A DNA stretch of 64,000 nucleotides, taken from the NCBI RefSeq assembly GCF_027921745.1, contig NC_079239.1:1240001-1304000 (forward strand), in the 5' to 3' direction. This DNA comes from Schizosaccharomyces osmophilus. Lineage: Eukaryota. The first letter of the stretch is position 1. Each line of letters starts with the position of its first letter. The notes beneath the pieces were generated by a model that did not search any database, was not told the DNA's origin, and saw nothing but the letters and a program-made list of their open reading frames with translations. Shown in pieces: positions 34,426-45,280 of this stretch. A program made the translations under genes and the position numbers.

Positions 34426-36987
34426 ATGATTCAAGACCCTACAAATTCGCCCCGTCTCGATGCTCTATCATCTAGAAACAAGGAAAATGCACCTGGAAAG
34501 CTCTTCAAAAAATTCAAGTGCCCATCTCTAATAATATCAGAAAAGCGAAAGGAATTGCCTTTAAGAAAGCGACCTAGGATTAATTATAATGAATTTGGAT
34601 CTAGCGGCAATGGAAATGATTCTGCCTATGTGACAGAGGAAAGAGCTGGTCTAGCAGCTATTAAAGAAGCTAATCATATTGTACTTTCACAAGAAAGGAA
34701 AGATCCAGGTACGGTAATAAAAAAACAGTTTTCTGTACCAAAACCGATTAAAGGACATGAAGACTTGTCCAAAGTTAGTTTCAGTCGGCCACCGCCTACA
34801 TTAGGAATGAAAAAAAGAACAGAGATTATTGCTAGGCCACTTTATGATCCTGCTGACGAATTTGCAATTGTTTTATATGATCCTACTACCGATACTCATG
34901 AAGAAGTTCCCGATATCAAAGAATTTTTGACAAATAAACGTAAAATTGAGCTGGAAGCAAAGTCCAAAAAAGGAAAAAAGCAAATAATTGAAAACCAGTC
35001 AGATACTGAAGAAGAAGAAGCTAATCAAAGTAATGACTCCACCGATTGTTTTAGCCAAGAGAATTCCGAAAAATCAACCGAGTCAGACTCGACAGCAACT
35101 GGCAAAGGGAAATACAAAAGGCAGAACAAAAGCTTAAAAGACTTACTTGGTATTCAAAAAGAGAAACCGCCACCACCACCTGTACCCGTTGTAATCGACC
35201 CAAAGTTAACTCGCATTTTACGTCCACATCAAATAGAAGGTGTGAAGTTTTTATACAGATGTGTTACAGGGCGCGTGGATCGTGGTGCGAGCGGCTGCAT
35301 TATGGCAGATGAAATGGGTCTCGGTAAAACTTTGCAATGTATTGCTTTGCTATGGACTTTGTTGAAGCAGTCTCCTCAAGCTGGAAAGCCAACTATCGAA
35401 AAAGCAATCATTACTTGCCCATCTTCTTTGGTGAAAAATTGGGCCAATGAATTAGTAAAATGGTTAGGAAAAGATGCGATCACTCCTTTTATTATTGACG
35501 GAAAAAGCTCAAAGCAGGAGTTAACTGTAGCGTTGCAACAATGGGCTCAAGTACGAGGTCGTCAGGTTACCAGACCAGTTTTGATATCTAGTTATGAAAC
35601 CCTTAGAGGTTATGTTGATTGCTTGAAAAATACGGAAATTGGTGTATTACTGTGTGATGAAGGACATAGATTAAAGAATAGCGACTCTTTGACATTTACT
35701 GCTCTAGACAAATTAAATGTCCAAAGAAGAATTATTCTTTCGGGTACTCCTATTCAGAACGACCTTAGTGAATACTTTTCTTTATTAAATTTCGCCAATC
35801 CAGGCCTCTTAGGTTCACGACCAGAGTTTCGAAAGAATTATGAAATCCCCATTCTACGTGGACGTGATGCTGATGGCTCAGACAAAGATAAAAATATCGG
35901 AGATGAAAAATTGGCTGAACTGGCGAAAATTGTGAACCGGTTTATCATCCGTCGTACGAACGAAATTCTTTCTAAGTACCTTCCAGTTAAATATGAGCAT
36001 GTAGTTTTCTGTGGCTTGTCTGACTTTCAAATGAAGCTCTACAACCACTTTGTTACGTCTCCAGAAATTAACAAAATTATAAAAGGAACCGGTAGTCAAC
36101 CGTTGAAGGCGATTGGCATCTTGAAAAAGTTGTGTAATCATCCTGATTTGTTGAACATATCGGAAGATTTGGAAGGTTGCGAGTCGTTGTATCCTGCTGG
36201 CTTTACTCCGCGTGAACTTCGTGGTCGTGATCGTAGCATCGATTCTTCCCTCTCTGGAAAAATGTTGGTGTTAGAGAGAATGCTTGCTCAAATTAAACGA
36301 GAAACAGACGATAAAATAGTGTTGATCAGTAACTATACTTCGACATTAGATTTGTTTGAGCAGCTCTGTCGAGTGCGAAGTTATAAAGCATTGCGTTTGG
36401 ACGGTACAATGAATGTCAACAAACGTCAGAAATTGGTTGATAATTTCAATGATCCAGAAAAAGATGCATTTATCTTTCTTTTATCTTCCAAAGCCGGCGG
36501 TTGTGGTATCAACCTTATCGGAGCTAATCGATTGATTTTATTTGATCCAGATTGGAATCCAGCTGCTGATCAGCAAGCCCTCGCAAGAGTTTGGCGTGAT
36601 GGACAAAAGAAAGATTGTTTTGTCTATCGTTTTATCGCGACAGGCACAATTGAAGAAAAGATTTTCCAACGTCAATCTCATAAGCAATCCCTTTCATCTT
36701 GTGTTGTTGATGAAGCTCAGGACGTTGAACGACATTTTTCTATGGATAATCTTCGTCATTTATTTCAGCTTAACGAAAACACTATTTGTGAAACCCATGA
36801 AACCTTCAAGTGCAAACGCTGTCGAAACGGAAAACAATTTATTCGGGCTCCTGCAATGTTGTATGGTGATACCAGTACTTGGAACCACTTTACTAATCCT
36901 ACTCTTGAGAAAATTGAAGATCACTTATTAAAGCGAGAATGCGGCAAGGATCAAGTTACTACAGTATTTCAGTACAAATCCCATTAG
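34426..36987 (+). CDS. rad54: SNF2-family DNA translocase Rad54
   Basis: LRPHQIEGV, ADEMGLGKT, CDEGHRLKN and QQALARVWRDGQKK motifs. Confidence 0.97.
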   Translation: MIQDPTNSPRLDALSSRNKENAPGKLFKKFKCPSLIISEKRKELPLRKRPRINYNEFGSSGNGNDSAYVTEERAGLAAIKEANHIVLSQERKDPGTVIKKQFSVPKPIKGHEDLSKVSFSRPPPTLGMKKRTEIIARPLYDPADEFAIVLYDPTTDTHEEVPDIKEFLTNKRKIELEAKSKKGKKQIIENQSDTEEEEANQSNDSTDCFSQENSEKSTESDSTATGKGKYKRQNKSLKDLLGIQKEKPPPPPVPVVIDPKLTRILRPHQIEGVKFLYRCVTGRVDRGASGCIMADEMGLGKTLQCIALLWTLLKQSPQAGKPTIEKAIITCPSSLVKNWANELVKWLGKDAITPFIIDGKSSKQELTVALQQWAQVRGRQVTRPVLISSYETLRGYVDCLKNTEIGVLLCDEGHRLKNSDSLTFTALDKLNVQRRIILSGTPIQNDLSEYFSLLNFANPGLLGSRPEFRKNYEIPILRGRDADGSDKDKNIGDEKLAELAKIVNRFIIRRTNEILSKYLPVKYEHVVFCGLSDFQMKLYNHFVTSPEINKIIKGTGSQPLKAIGILKKLCNHPDLLNISEDLEGCESLYPAGFTPRELRGRDRSIDSSLSGKMLVLERMLAQIKRETDDKIVLISNYTSTLDLFEQLCRVRSYKALRLDGTMNVNKRQKLVDNFNDPEKDAFIFLLSSKAGGCGINLIGANRLILFDPDWNPAADQQALARVWRDGQKKDCFVYRFIATGTIEEKIFQRQSHKQSLSSCVVDEAQDVERHFSMDNLRHLFQLNENTICETHETFKCKRCRNGKQFIRAPAMLYGDTSTWNHFTNPTLEKIEDHLLKRECGKDQVTTVFQYKSH

Positions 36988-38012
36988 CTTTGTTTGTGCA
37001 TATCAGGGTTTCTCCTTCCATCTGCTTCCGTCCAATTTATTAATGACTCGTGTTTTATCTTTCTTTGACTTTTAATGGTACTAATGGAATAAAGGGTATA
37101 CATATGCTTTTTTTATTATTTGCAATACTTTAAAGTAATTGCTTTATTTATAACTCAAATTTATACTAGATGCTTTTTATAATTTAATACACCTTATAAT
37201 AGATGTCATCTTCAGAATGACAAGAGCGCAAGTGAAAGCTTTGCTGTAACAATAAAGGCTTATTGCAAACTATGCAATGAAATATCTCGAATTATTGTTT
37301 TGGTTAATTATATAGTAACAGTGTATTTACCTAATACAATGCATATTCACCATGTCCACCTTTGTATGAAAAAGTGAACAAGAAAATTCGAACCTTTGGA
37401 TAAATTGCATTCACTGAGATATATAAAGGCATCTTTTTACTTAACCTCAACCTATAGCTACTCAGAGGCGAAATGCACTTTACAAATTTGCTTTTTGTCA
37501 CTCTAATAGCTTATATAAAGAATGCTTTTGTTTTCGAAAGAAACACGTAAAAAGGAAGACGTGTTTCGAAAACAACAGCAAACATAAACAAGTATGTAAT
37601 GTATGTAATAACATAAGAATGATATGAGCAATTTATTCGGCTGAAATTTTTTCTTAAAAAAAGTTTAAACATATTTGGGCGCGTAACAATGTTATAATCA
37701 TCGACAAAAAAGAAGAAAGTCAAGTTTTTGAATATGATACAATAATTTACAAGAATTAAAGTCCAGTCCGTAGACTCCTCACAAACAAGAACTCTATCTT
37801 ACAGTCATCATCATCATTCAGATGAACGTTGAACAACTATGTTTATGTATTTGACAAGCAAACATTCGACAAAGATCACTGCATGGAAAGCCGCAAGGTC
37901 CGATCTGTAAATGAGAAAAACTTTAAAACGACGAGAATAAAGTTATTAGATCCAAAACTATCGGATAGATTAAACGTAAATGCTTAGTAAAATCCAAAGT
38001 TTCACGTTTGTA

Positions 38013-39380
38013 TTAATCTTTACTTAGAGCTTTCGCAGTACCAACAGCGCCTTGTTTTTGCTGGTAAGAAGGCGTAGGGCCAGACTTTCGAACACTTTTC
38101 ACAACATCATCACTAGCGAAGCCAGGTAAACGGATATTCCAGTTTCTCTCCAAATGAAGTTGGACATCTTTCATATCCAGCGTATCAGACTTACGATGCT
38201 TTGCGAGACGACAAGCGAAATTTGTAACCGATTCCACAAATTCGTCAGCAATTTCAAGCAACAATTCTTCCACCTCAGGCTCCAAATGCTTCTCGGAATC
38301 AATTTGTTGCAATAAGTCGTTTAATTTTCTTTTCGACAAAAGGCGATTTCCATTGTCTAATTCGTAATGCGGAGCACGAGCAAGACCTGGGGTACTGAGA
38401 CCGACATTTCCAGAAGCATAGCCACCAGTTAGGGTTGCCCGTCCAGGAGGCATAGCAAATGGGACAGGAGACTTCGCATCAAGTTTCCCTAAATGATTAT
38501 TTGTCATAAAAGAAGAGTTTTGCATTTTGCTATCCATGCTCCCAGCCTGCTGAGGAGTGGAGGAGCCAGCGTCTGCACCTTCTACATTCAAAGTGTTCGC
38601 CACGTTTGAGTCAGTAACTGCTGTATTCCCCAGTGGATTATCAAATGGTGTCTTTTGTTGGTTCGCGTTTGGTTGAGACTGAGAGCGCTGCAACTGAGGA
38701 GTGCTTGTTGCACTTCTAGCATCAGCACCTAAAGCACTGTTTGGTGTAACAGAACCGCTATTGTTTACCGTTCCCGATAATTGGCGATTCGGTAGTTGCT
38801 GATTTTGTAATTGTTGAATAGAACGAATTCCGTTCGAAATAGCAGCCGTGTATTGAGCAATCTTTACAGTCAATTCAGATTCCTGTTTCACCAATGTTTC
38901 TCGAGTCGAAGAGTCAAGGTTCTCATTAGTTGTAAGCTCCTTCTTGATTCTTTCATGCGTTTCCTTCATCTCTGTCAAGTAATTTTGAGCAGTTTGAAGT
39001 TGCCTATGTCGAACAACTAGCATCGTTTGTTCTTGAGGACTCAACTGGTGTCGAGAACGAGGCGGGACGGCATTTGGTTCTGGGGTACGCTGTTGAAACG
39101 ATCCATTAGCTTGCAACTGTTGCAAGAGTTGCTGGTTTGGTAGTTGCCCCGATTGCGCATGTGCTTGAAGCTGACGGCGAATAGCTTGTGCTTGTAACAA
39201 ATACACTTGGCCTTGCGGTGTATTTAATCCCAAATTTTGTGCATTTTGTTGATAAATAGACATTGTATGTAATAAATTCGTAAGTTGATTTGCTCGTTGC
39301 TGATTCAAAGCTGCCTGATTTACAGGACCACTTGCTGGGCGTTGAACTGGCGTTCCTGGCCCAGAATGTTGTCCATTCAT
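38013..39380 (-). CDS. taf12: TFIID/SAGA subunit Taf12
   Basis: Q/N-rich N-terminus; histone fold ACRLAKHRKSDTLDMKDVQLHLERNWNIRLPGF. Confidence 0.96.
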   Translation of the reverse strand: MNGQHSGPGTPVQRPASGPVNQAALNQQRANQLTNLLHTMSIYQQNAQNLGLNTPQGQVYLLQAQAIRRQLQAHAQSGQLPNQQLLQQLQANGSFQQRTPEPNAVPPRSRHQLSPQEQTMLVVRHRQLQTAQNYLTEMKETHERIKKELTTNENLDSSTRETLVKQESELTVKIAQYTAAISNGIRSIQQLQNQQLPNRQLSGTVNNSGSVTPNSALGADARSATSTPQLQRSQSQPNANQQKTPFDNPLGNTAVTDSNVANTLNVEGADAGSSTPQQAGSMDSKMQNSSFMTNNHLGKLDAKSPVPFAMPPGRATLTGGYASGNVGLSTPGLARAPHYELDNGNRLLSKRKLNDLLQQIDSEKHLEPEVEELLLEIADEFVESVTNFACRLAKHRKSDTLDMKDVQLHLERNWNIRLPGFASDDVVKSVRKSGPTPSYQQKQGAVGTAKALSKD

Positions 39381-39734
39381 TTTATCAATTTAACAAACAA
39401 TAATAAGAAGTCGCCAACTTCTCTTTTTCAGTAAGGGGAGCGTTCACTGGCAATTCCAAAATTGGCAGTCGACAAGTTGAATATGCTATGCGTAGTAAGG
39501 CAGAGGTATAATTTCAACCAAACCAGTAAAAGAAAAAAGGAATTGATTTTACTGAAAATGAAAGGAAAAAAAGATTTTATTAGATTATTAAAGCCTACGA
39601 TTTCCAAAGTCAACTATATACTTAGATAATAGTACAAATTACATATGGACAATAAAACAAGATGGAAATGTAGAGTACATAACATGAGTAAAAGGCACGT
39701 TATATAAGAGTATTTCTAATGAATAGAAAATTTT

Positions 39735-41834
39735 CTATTCCTTCTTGGTGAATGTTCCATCATCCACTATGCTCTCCTGTGAATGCCACATAGAGGCATA
39801 AACACCATTTAATTTTAATAGTTCTTCGTGAGTTCCTTGCTCAACCACCTGTCCGTCTTTAAGCACATATATAATGTCGCAATTTTTTATAGTCCTCAGT
39901 CGGTGAGCTATGAAGATACTTGTTTTTCTTGACTTTTGTATAAGTGAGTTTACATTCTGAAGGAGCTCTTTTTCAGTTGAGGTATCAAGAGCAGAGGTAG
40001 CTTCATCAAAAAATAGAATGTCTGGATTTTTTAACAATAATCGAGAAATAGCTAACCGCTGCTTTTCTCCTCCTGATATCATTAGACCTCGCTCACCAAC
40101 TTTTGTTTCATAACCGTCTGGAAAGGTTTCTATTATGTGATGGATCTGAGCTCGCTTTGCTGCTTGAATAATTTCTTCTTCCGAAGCTTTCGGGTTTCCA
40201 TAACCTATATTATACTTAATTGTATCATTGAATAAAGGCGTGTCTTGTGGAACTACCCCAATTGCATCCCTTAAGGATTTAATTGTAATTGAAGTTAATG
40301 GTTGCCCGTCAATCATAATTTTACCGGAATTGGCATCATAGAACCGAAATAAAAGCCGTAATAGTGTTGACTTTCCGCATCCACTGGGACCAACAAAAGC
40401 CACTTTGTTGCCAGCTGGGATATGAAATGAGCAGTCTTTCAAAATCGGACGATTAGGATTATATGCAAATGAAACGTTGTCAAATTGTAGGGAACCTCCC
40501 TTCATAGCCAAGTCTTTGGCGTTTGGGGCATCTTTCACCTGTATATTAATTTGCTTCAAGGAAAACAAGTGCTCCATGTCTGTGAAGGCCTGACGCATTT
40601 CACGGTAAACCGAACCTAAAAAGTTTAAGGGAATCGATAACTGGAATACTAACTGATTAATCATAACTAAATCACCAACGCTCAAGTTTGATGAGACAAT
40701 TCCTCGGCACCCCATCCACATCATCAAAGTAAGAGCAGTCGAAAATATAATTGCCTGCCCACTATTCAAAAATGCTAAGGATGAAGCAACACGGATATTT
40801 GCCTTTTCAAAAGTGGAAAGATGTTTGGAATACCGGTTCAATTCGTAGGGTTCATTGTTGAATGTCTTGACAGCTTCATAATTTATGAGGGATTCGATAG
40901 CGACAGCAGAAGCCTTGTTGTCAGCTGCATTCGCTTGACGTCGGAATGCTGTTCTCCATGAGGTTGTCTTGACCGTAAATAGAGAATACAAGGCGACTGT
41001 AGCTGCTGCAATACCAGCAAAAGAGACACCATATTTGTAAGTTAGGATAGAACTTACCATGCCAATTTCCAGAGTAATGGGGATGATATGTAGGACAAGC
41101 GAAGACAACACAAAGCTAATTCCTTTAGTTCCTCGATCCATGGCTCGAGTTAAGCTTCCTGTTTGTTTCGATAAATGAAAATTCATGTCCAAATTTAGCA
41201 AATGCTGGTAAACATTACTGGAAACACTTTTAATGGCACTTTGAGATACAGAAGCAAAGACACTATTTCTTAACTCTTGAAATACTGTTGCGAAAACCCT
41301 AGCCAGGCCATAACCTAATATTACGGCACCAACGGAGGTCCAGAGCGCACCCAACTCATGAACAACCGTTGTATTCATGGTGTCTATAATAGACTTAAAA
41401 TAAAATGGGACTTGGACATTGAACACTTTTGCGGCAACGAGAAGAAACAAGGCCGAGACTACTCGAATTTTAAGATTCAGCTTACCTTTGGGCCAGACAT
41501 ATTGAATCATATCTCTAATTATCACCCAGCTCGTCACATCGGTATCTTTCTTGTTTGACTCTGAATTTACATTTGGTACACCAGCAGGAAGCTTTTCATT
41601 TTTTTGCGATACATTCAAAGGTTGCTTTTGAGTTTCTACAGGTCCTGTAGGGTTTTGTGCTTTCCTAAGGCACGAAACAGTGGAAAACCTCAAAGTGGTA
41701 ATATTGCCCAGGATACCATATCTTGTCGGAGCTAGTAGATGCTTTGTAGGAAATGGGCCATTGCTGTATATCGTGCGTAGGGGGAGTTCATTAATAGATC
41801 GTGACAACGGTCTTGAAATAGCCGCGCGGAGCAT
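39735..41834 (-). CDS. atm1: Mitochondrial ABC half-transporter Atm1
   Basis: Presequence, ABC transmembrane domain, Walker A GPSGCGKS, ISGGEKQR and FFDEATSALD. Confidence 0.96.
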   Translation of the reverse strand: MLRAAISRPLSRSINELPLRTIYSNGPFPTKHLLAPTRYGILGNITTLRFSTVSCLRKAQNPTGPVETQKQPLNVSQKNEKLPAGVPNVNSESNKKDTDVTSWVIIRDMIQYVWPKGKLNLKIRVVSALFLLVAAKVFNVQVPFYFKSIIDTMNTTVVHELGALWTSVGAVILGYGLARVFATVFQELRNSVFASVSQSAIKSVSSNVYQHLLNLDMNFHLSKQTGSLTRAMDRGTKGISFVLSSLVLHIIPITLEIGMVSSILTYKYGVSFAGIAAATVALYSLFTVKTTSWRTAFRRQANAADNKASAVAIESLINYEAVKTFNNEPYELNRYSKHLSTFEKANIRVASSLAFLNSGQAIIFSTALTLMMWMGCRGIVSSNLSVGDLVMINQLVFQLSIPLNFLGSVYREMRQAFTDMEHLFSLKQINIQVKDAPNAKDLAMKGGSLQFDNVSFAYNPNRPILKDCSFHIPAGNKVAFVGPSGCGKSTLLRLLFRFYDANSGKIMIDGQPLTSITIKSLRDAIGVVPQDTPLFNDTIKYNIGYGNPKASEEEIIQAAKRAQIHHIIETFPDGYETKVGERGLMISGGEKQRLAISRLLLKNPDILFFDEATSALDTSTEKELLQNVNSLIQKSRKTSIFIAHRLRTIKNCDIIYVLKDGQVVEQGTHEELLKLNGVYASMWHSQESIVDDGTFTKKE

Positions 41835-42497
41835 TTTTGTAAGCCAGAATAGCTCTTTATAAATAGAAATAAATAAATATAGCTCAATTCCGTTTAGTGA
41901 ACTTTATATCCTTTCCTGGATGACTCTTAAACGGAAATGATCAAATGAATTTACAGAGTATGTGGGGGATAAAATAAAAAATTGAGCTTGCGTCCCTTCT
42001 TTTCTCCTTTTTGTTTATTTTATACAAAAATTCAATTCAGCTTGAAAAATTGAATATGAACTCGGTCTAGGAGAATCTTGTCATATAGGAGTGAAAATAA
42101 AAGCCAAGCTAGTTAGTATGCAGATGCTTATCCAAAAAAGTATTCAAGATGAAACTCCCGGTTAACTTTTGGAAGCTTACTTCTGCAAATAGATGTTAAG
42201 GAAAGAATTGATGAAGTGGTAGTAGTCCTAGTTCATAGACCACTTCGTGATTACGTTAGAAGATATATTATTTCTTAAGAAATTTCGTTTAATAAGGCTA
42301 CTACATTATTCATCAAAAGTTTGGGAACATTTATTTATATGTTACGAATTTTAGTCAAATAGAATTACCGAGTTTCGAGGGCCATTCGATTTACGCACTT
42401 TGGCTAAATTCTGTGCCTTACGGAGGAAACCGAAATTAATAAAAATTGTTCTTTTTTAAAGATAAAAGAATAAGATTTTGCACCAGAGGGAAAAGGG

Positions 42498-43001
42498 ATG
42501 GCAGAATTTATAAAGCATTTGAATTCCATAAGTGCGTCTTCTGAAAAACTTGTCGAAACTGAGCCGAAACCGGAAACAAGATTTACGGATGCACTGCTTC
42601 ACGCGAACTCAATTATAGATTTGATTCGAGACGCTGAGAAAGAAGAGTTGATTACGACAGAAGCGACATCTTTGCCAAAAGGGATTGAGGAAAAATACAA
42701 CTCGGAGAGCCCTGCAGACCACGTTGCCTGTATCGAGGAACTGTTGGATATTTGTCCTATGCAAGGTGGACGAGAATACTTGGAAGCCTTAGTCGAGAAA
42801 TACAACACTCATATGACCGCATTAGAAAACCTGGAGACAGCACTGGTAGAACAAAAAGAAAGATTACAATTGTTTGAGCAGAGGCAGAAAGATCAAGTTT
42901 CTGCGAGAGAAAACATCTTACAGCGCGAAAATTCTGAAATACAAAGACTTGAAAACGAAATTGACAAGGCAAAATTAGAGCTGGGGAAAAATTACCCTTA
43001 A
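42498..43001 (+). CDS. spc34: DASH complex subunit Spc34
   Basis: FTDALLH..I.DLIRD motif, C-terminal coiled coil, syntenic position. Confidence 0.85.
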   Translation: MAEFIKHLNSISASSEKLVETEPKPETRFTDALLHANSIIDLIRDAEKEELITTEATSLPKGIEEKYNSESPADHVACIEELLDICPMQGGREYLEALVEKYNTHMTALENLETALVEQKERLQLFEQRQKDQVSARENILQRENSEIQRLENEIDKAKLELGKNYP

Positions 43002-43090
43002 GCTTTGAACGCTTTTTTTTCTACAAAGTATTATTTTGTATAAACGACAAAGTACGAAGCTTTATAGTCAAATTAAAAAAAAAAAAAAAA

Positions 43091-43522
43091 ATGAAAGACG
43101 ATGAATTTCCTGATGAAAGTCAGAACATCTGCCCAGAGTTCTCAGACTCCTTTCAAGAGGAAAAGCTGCTTCCATTACATATGCATCCAGATTTTCGATC
43201 AAGAGAGGTACACGAAGCTTCCATGATACAATCGAAAGCAGATCCGAGTTTAGGTTTCAGCCAACGAAACAGCATCCGGAAAAGGGAGAGAAAGCCTTCC
43301 TACTTCGATGTTGACTTGTTTAAAACTCAGTTAAAAAGCACGATTTCTCAATCTTCACGACATAAAGGAATGAATTCTACGAAACGGGCAATTACTGAAC
43401 TGAACGAATTTGAAAAAAAGGACGCCATAACAAGCAGGAAGCGAAGACGCTTTGATATGGAAAAAATCCTTCAAAGCTATCAAACCGAGACGTCTACGGG
43501 AAGGGCCAAGAAGAAATCATGA
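43091..43522 (+). CDS. Small basic protein of unknown function (143 aa)
   Basis: ATG-initiated ORF with NLS-like clusters (RKRRRF); its position matches a small S. pombe gene between spc34 and oxr1. Confidence 0.7.
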   Translation: MKDDEFPDESQNICPEFSDSFQEEKLLPLHMHPDFRSREVHEASMIQSKADPSLGFSQRNSIRKRERKPSYFDVDLFKTQLKSTISQSSRHKGMNSTKRAITELNEFEKKDAITSRKRRRFDMEKILQSYQTETSTGRAKKKS

Positions 43523-43721
43523 CATATGTTATTTCAATGATTTTTGAAGAGCATCATCTTACCAATAGAAATTACTTTTTTTACATGAGTAACAAAGATT
43601 TCGGTGAATGTTATTTTGCATTATTTTACGATGGTAAAAGCAACAGAAACACTAGAAAGGTAATATATGCAAATGAACGTACTTTCTGAGATTTTGGCAA
43701 ATCAGCACAAGGGCTCTTAAA

Positions 43722-43942
43722 TTCTTTGTTTGTTTATTTTTCTTTGGGACCGTGTGTGCCATTGGTGATGTCCAGAAAAGAGATCATTGCTTCTCAGAGA
43801 ATCGACCATTTGAAAGACAGAATCATCCGGAAGAGACGAATAAACAAATAATGTTTTGTTGGAAACCCTATTTTTAGTTTACTTCGTTCCTGAGAAAACC
43901 AGTGCAGTTATGTCAAACATGTGTTACTTGAGTTTTGTTTAC
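43722..43942. promoter_or_regulatory. TR-box and FLEX core upstream of oxr1
   Basis: TTCTTTGTTT at 43722-43731 (Ste11 consensus TTCTTTGTTY) and TGTTTAC at 43936-43942. Short motifs that could occur by chance. Confidence 0.4.
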
Positions 43943-44050
43943 ATTCTGGGTGCCGGAATTAATATAAAAGGCAAAGCTATTCCAACCATTTTTCCCGGTT
44001 CATACTCTTATAACCTAAAGGAAAACCAAATTTCCATACCTTCATAAAAA

Positions 44051-44620
44051 ATGTCACAGCCTACTCGTGTGTTAACCGCTGATGATGGTTTAATTGACGA
44101 GAAGCTTGCTCAGGGCATTGCCCAGTACTTACCTCCTAGGTGTGCTGCTGCCGAAGTATGGAAAAGGCTATATTCCCTTCAGCATGACGGAGCATCTCTT
44201 CATACTATGTATCAAAATTGTATGAAACAGAAGGAAGAATCCGGAAACCCTAAGGGTGCTTGCCTTTTGGTTATAAAGGATGTGCATGATAACGTCTTTG
44301 GAGCCTTTATAGATGAGTACTTATGTCCACGTCCTCATTATGTTGGCTCCAATGAATCCTTTCTATGGAAATGCTATTCTGACAATAACAGACTCCGTGC
44401 GTTTCCGTGTGTTGGAGATTCAAACTTTGTAATCTATTGCACGAGAAGTTTTATTGCCTTAGGAGGAGGAAATGGTCGTTACAGCCTCTGGATAAATGGA
44501 ACTATGGAATATGGCTACTCGGAAAAGACACCTGCTTTTAACAACTCTCCCTTGAGTCATCGCAGTTGCCAAAATCAAAGAATCTGGATTGTGGATGTCG
44601 AACTCTGGTGTTTGGAATAA
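44051..44620 (+). CDS. oxr1: TLDc-domain protein Oxr1 (Mug63)
   Basis: WKRLYSLQHDGASLHTMY, VFGAF, YVGSNESFLW and LGGGNGRYSLWI TLDc motifs. Confidence 0.92.
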   Translation: MSQPTRVLTADDGLIDEKLAQGIAQYLPPRCAAAEVWKRLYSLQHDGASLHTMYQNCMKQKEESGNPKGACLLVIKDVHDNVFGAFIDEYLCPRPHYVGSNESFLWKCYSDNNRLRAFPCVGDSNFVIYCTRSFIALGGGNGRYSLWINGTMEYGYSEKTPAFNNSPLSHRSCQNQRIWIVDVELWCLE

Positions 44621-45280
44621 ATCTACTTTTCTTTTGTGTTTTACCGTCGTGCGTATTTCTAAAACTATACCTGAAGGTGAATTAGTATCTGACACTGGTG
44701 AAGGAAATAAATTAAGCATAACCTTGTGACATAGAAATTCTTTTACTACGTGAAAGCCTTTTTCTAATATGTTTTTTCTCTGATGGGTACTCTTTGATCA
44801 ACAGGAATAGCTTCCTCTTTTTTTTTTATTTGAAGCTTTACAGAGCTTTACAAAGGGAGGCTATAGTTTTTAGAGTTCTGTGGATTCCTATGAAGTTGTT
44901 GATTTTTTGATTTACGTTGTCTGCTATATTTCTTTTGGTTTTTCTTTTTTTTTTGTTGGGAATTCGCACAATTCTTCCAGAAATAGTTATGATAATTTGC
45001 ATATATTTCTATATTCGTCGTAAAGAAAGGTATTTTCAGGACTGTAGCAAAACAACTTTTGTACTTGTAATTGTCTCCTCTTCACGCATCCGAGTATTGG
45101 CCAGTAGAAGAAGAGGATACAAGTTCTATTTCACATACAATTCTTTTTTAATAAGACAAGGATTATGTACCCTTTTATTCAAACATTCTCGTTTGTTTAC
45201 TATATAGTGATGCAGAATGTAGTTTCTTAAAGAAAGGGAACTAGTAAAAGAAGCCTGGCTAAAACCAAAATTTAGTCAAA

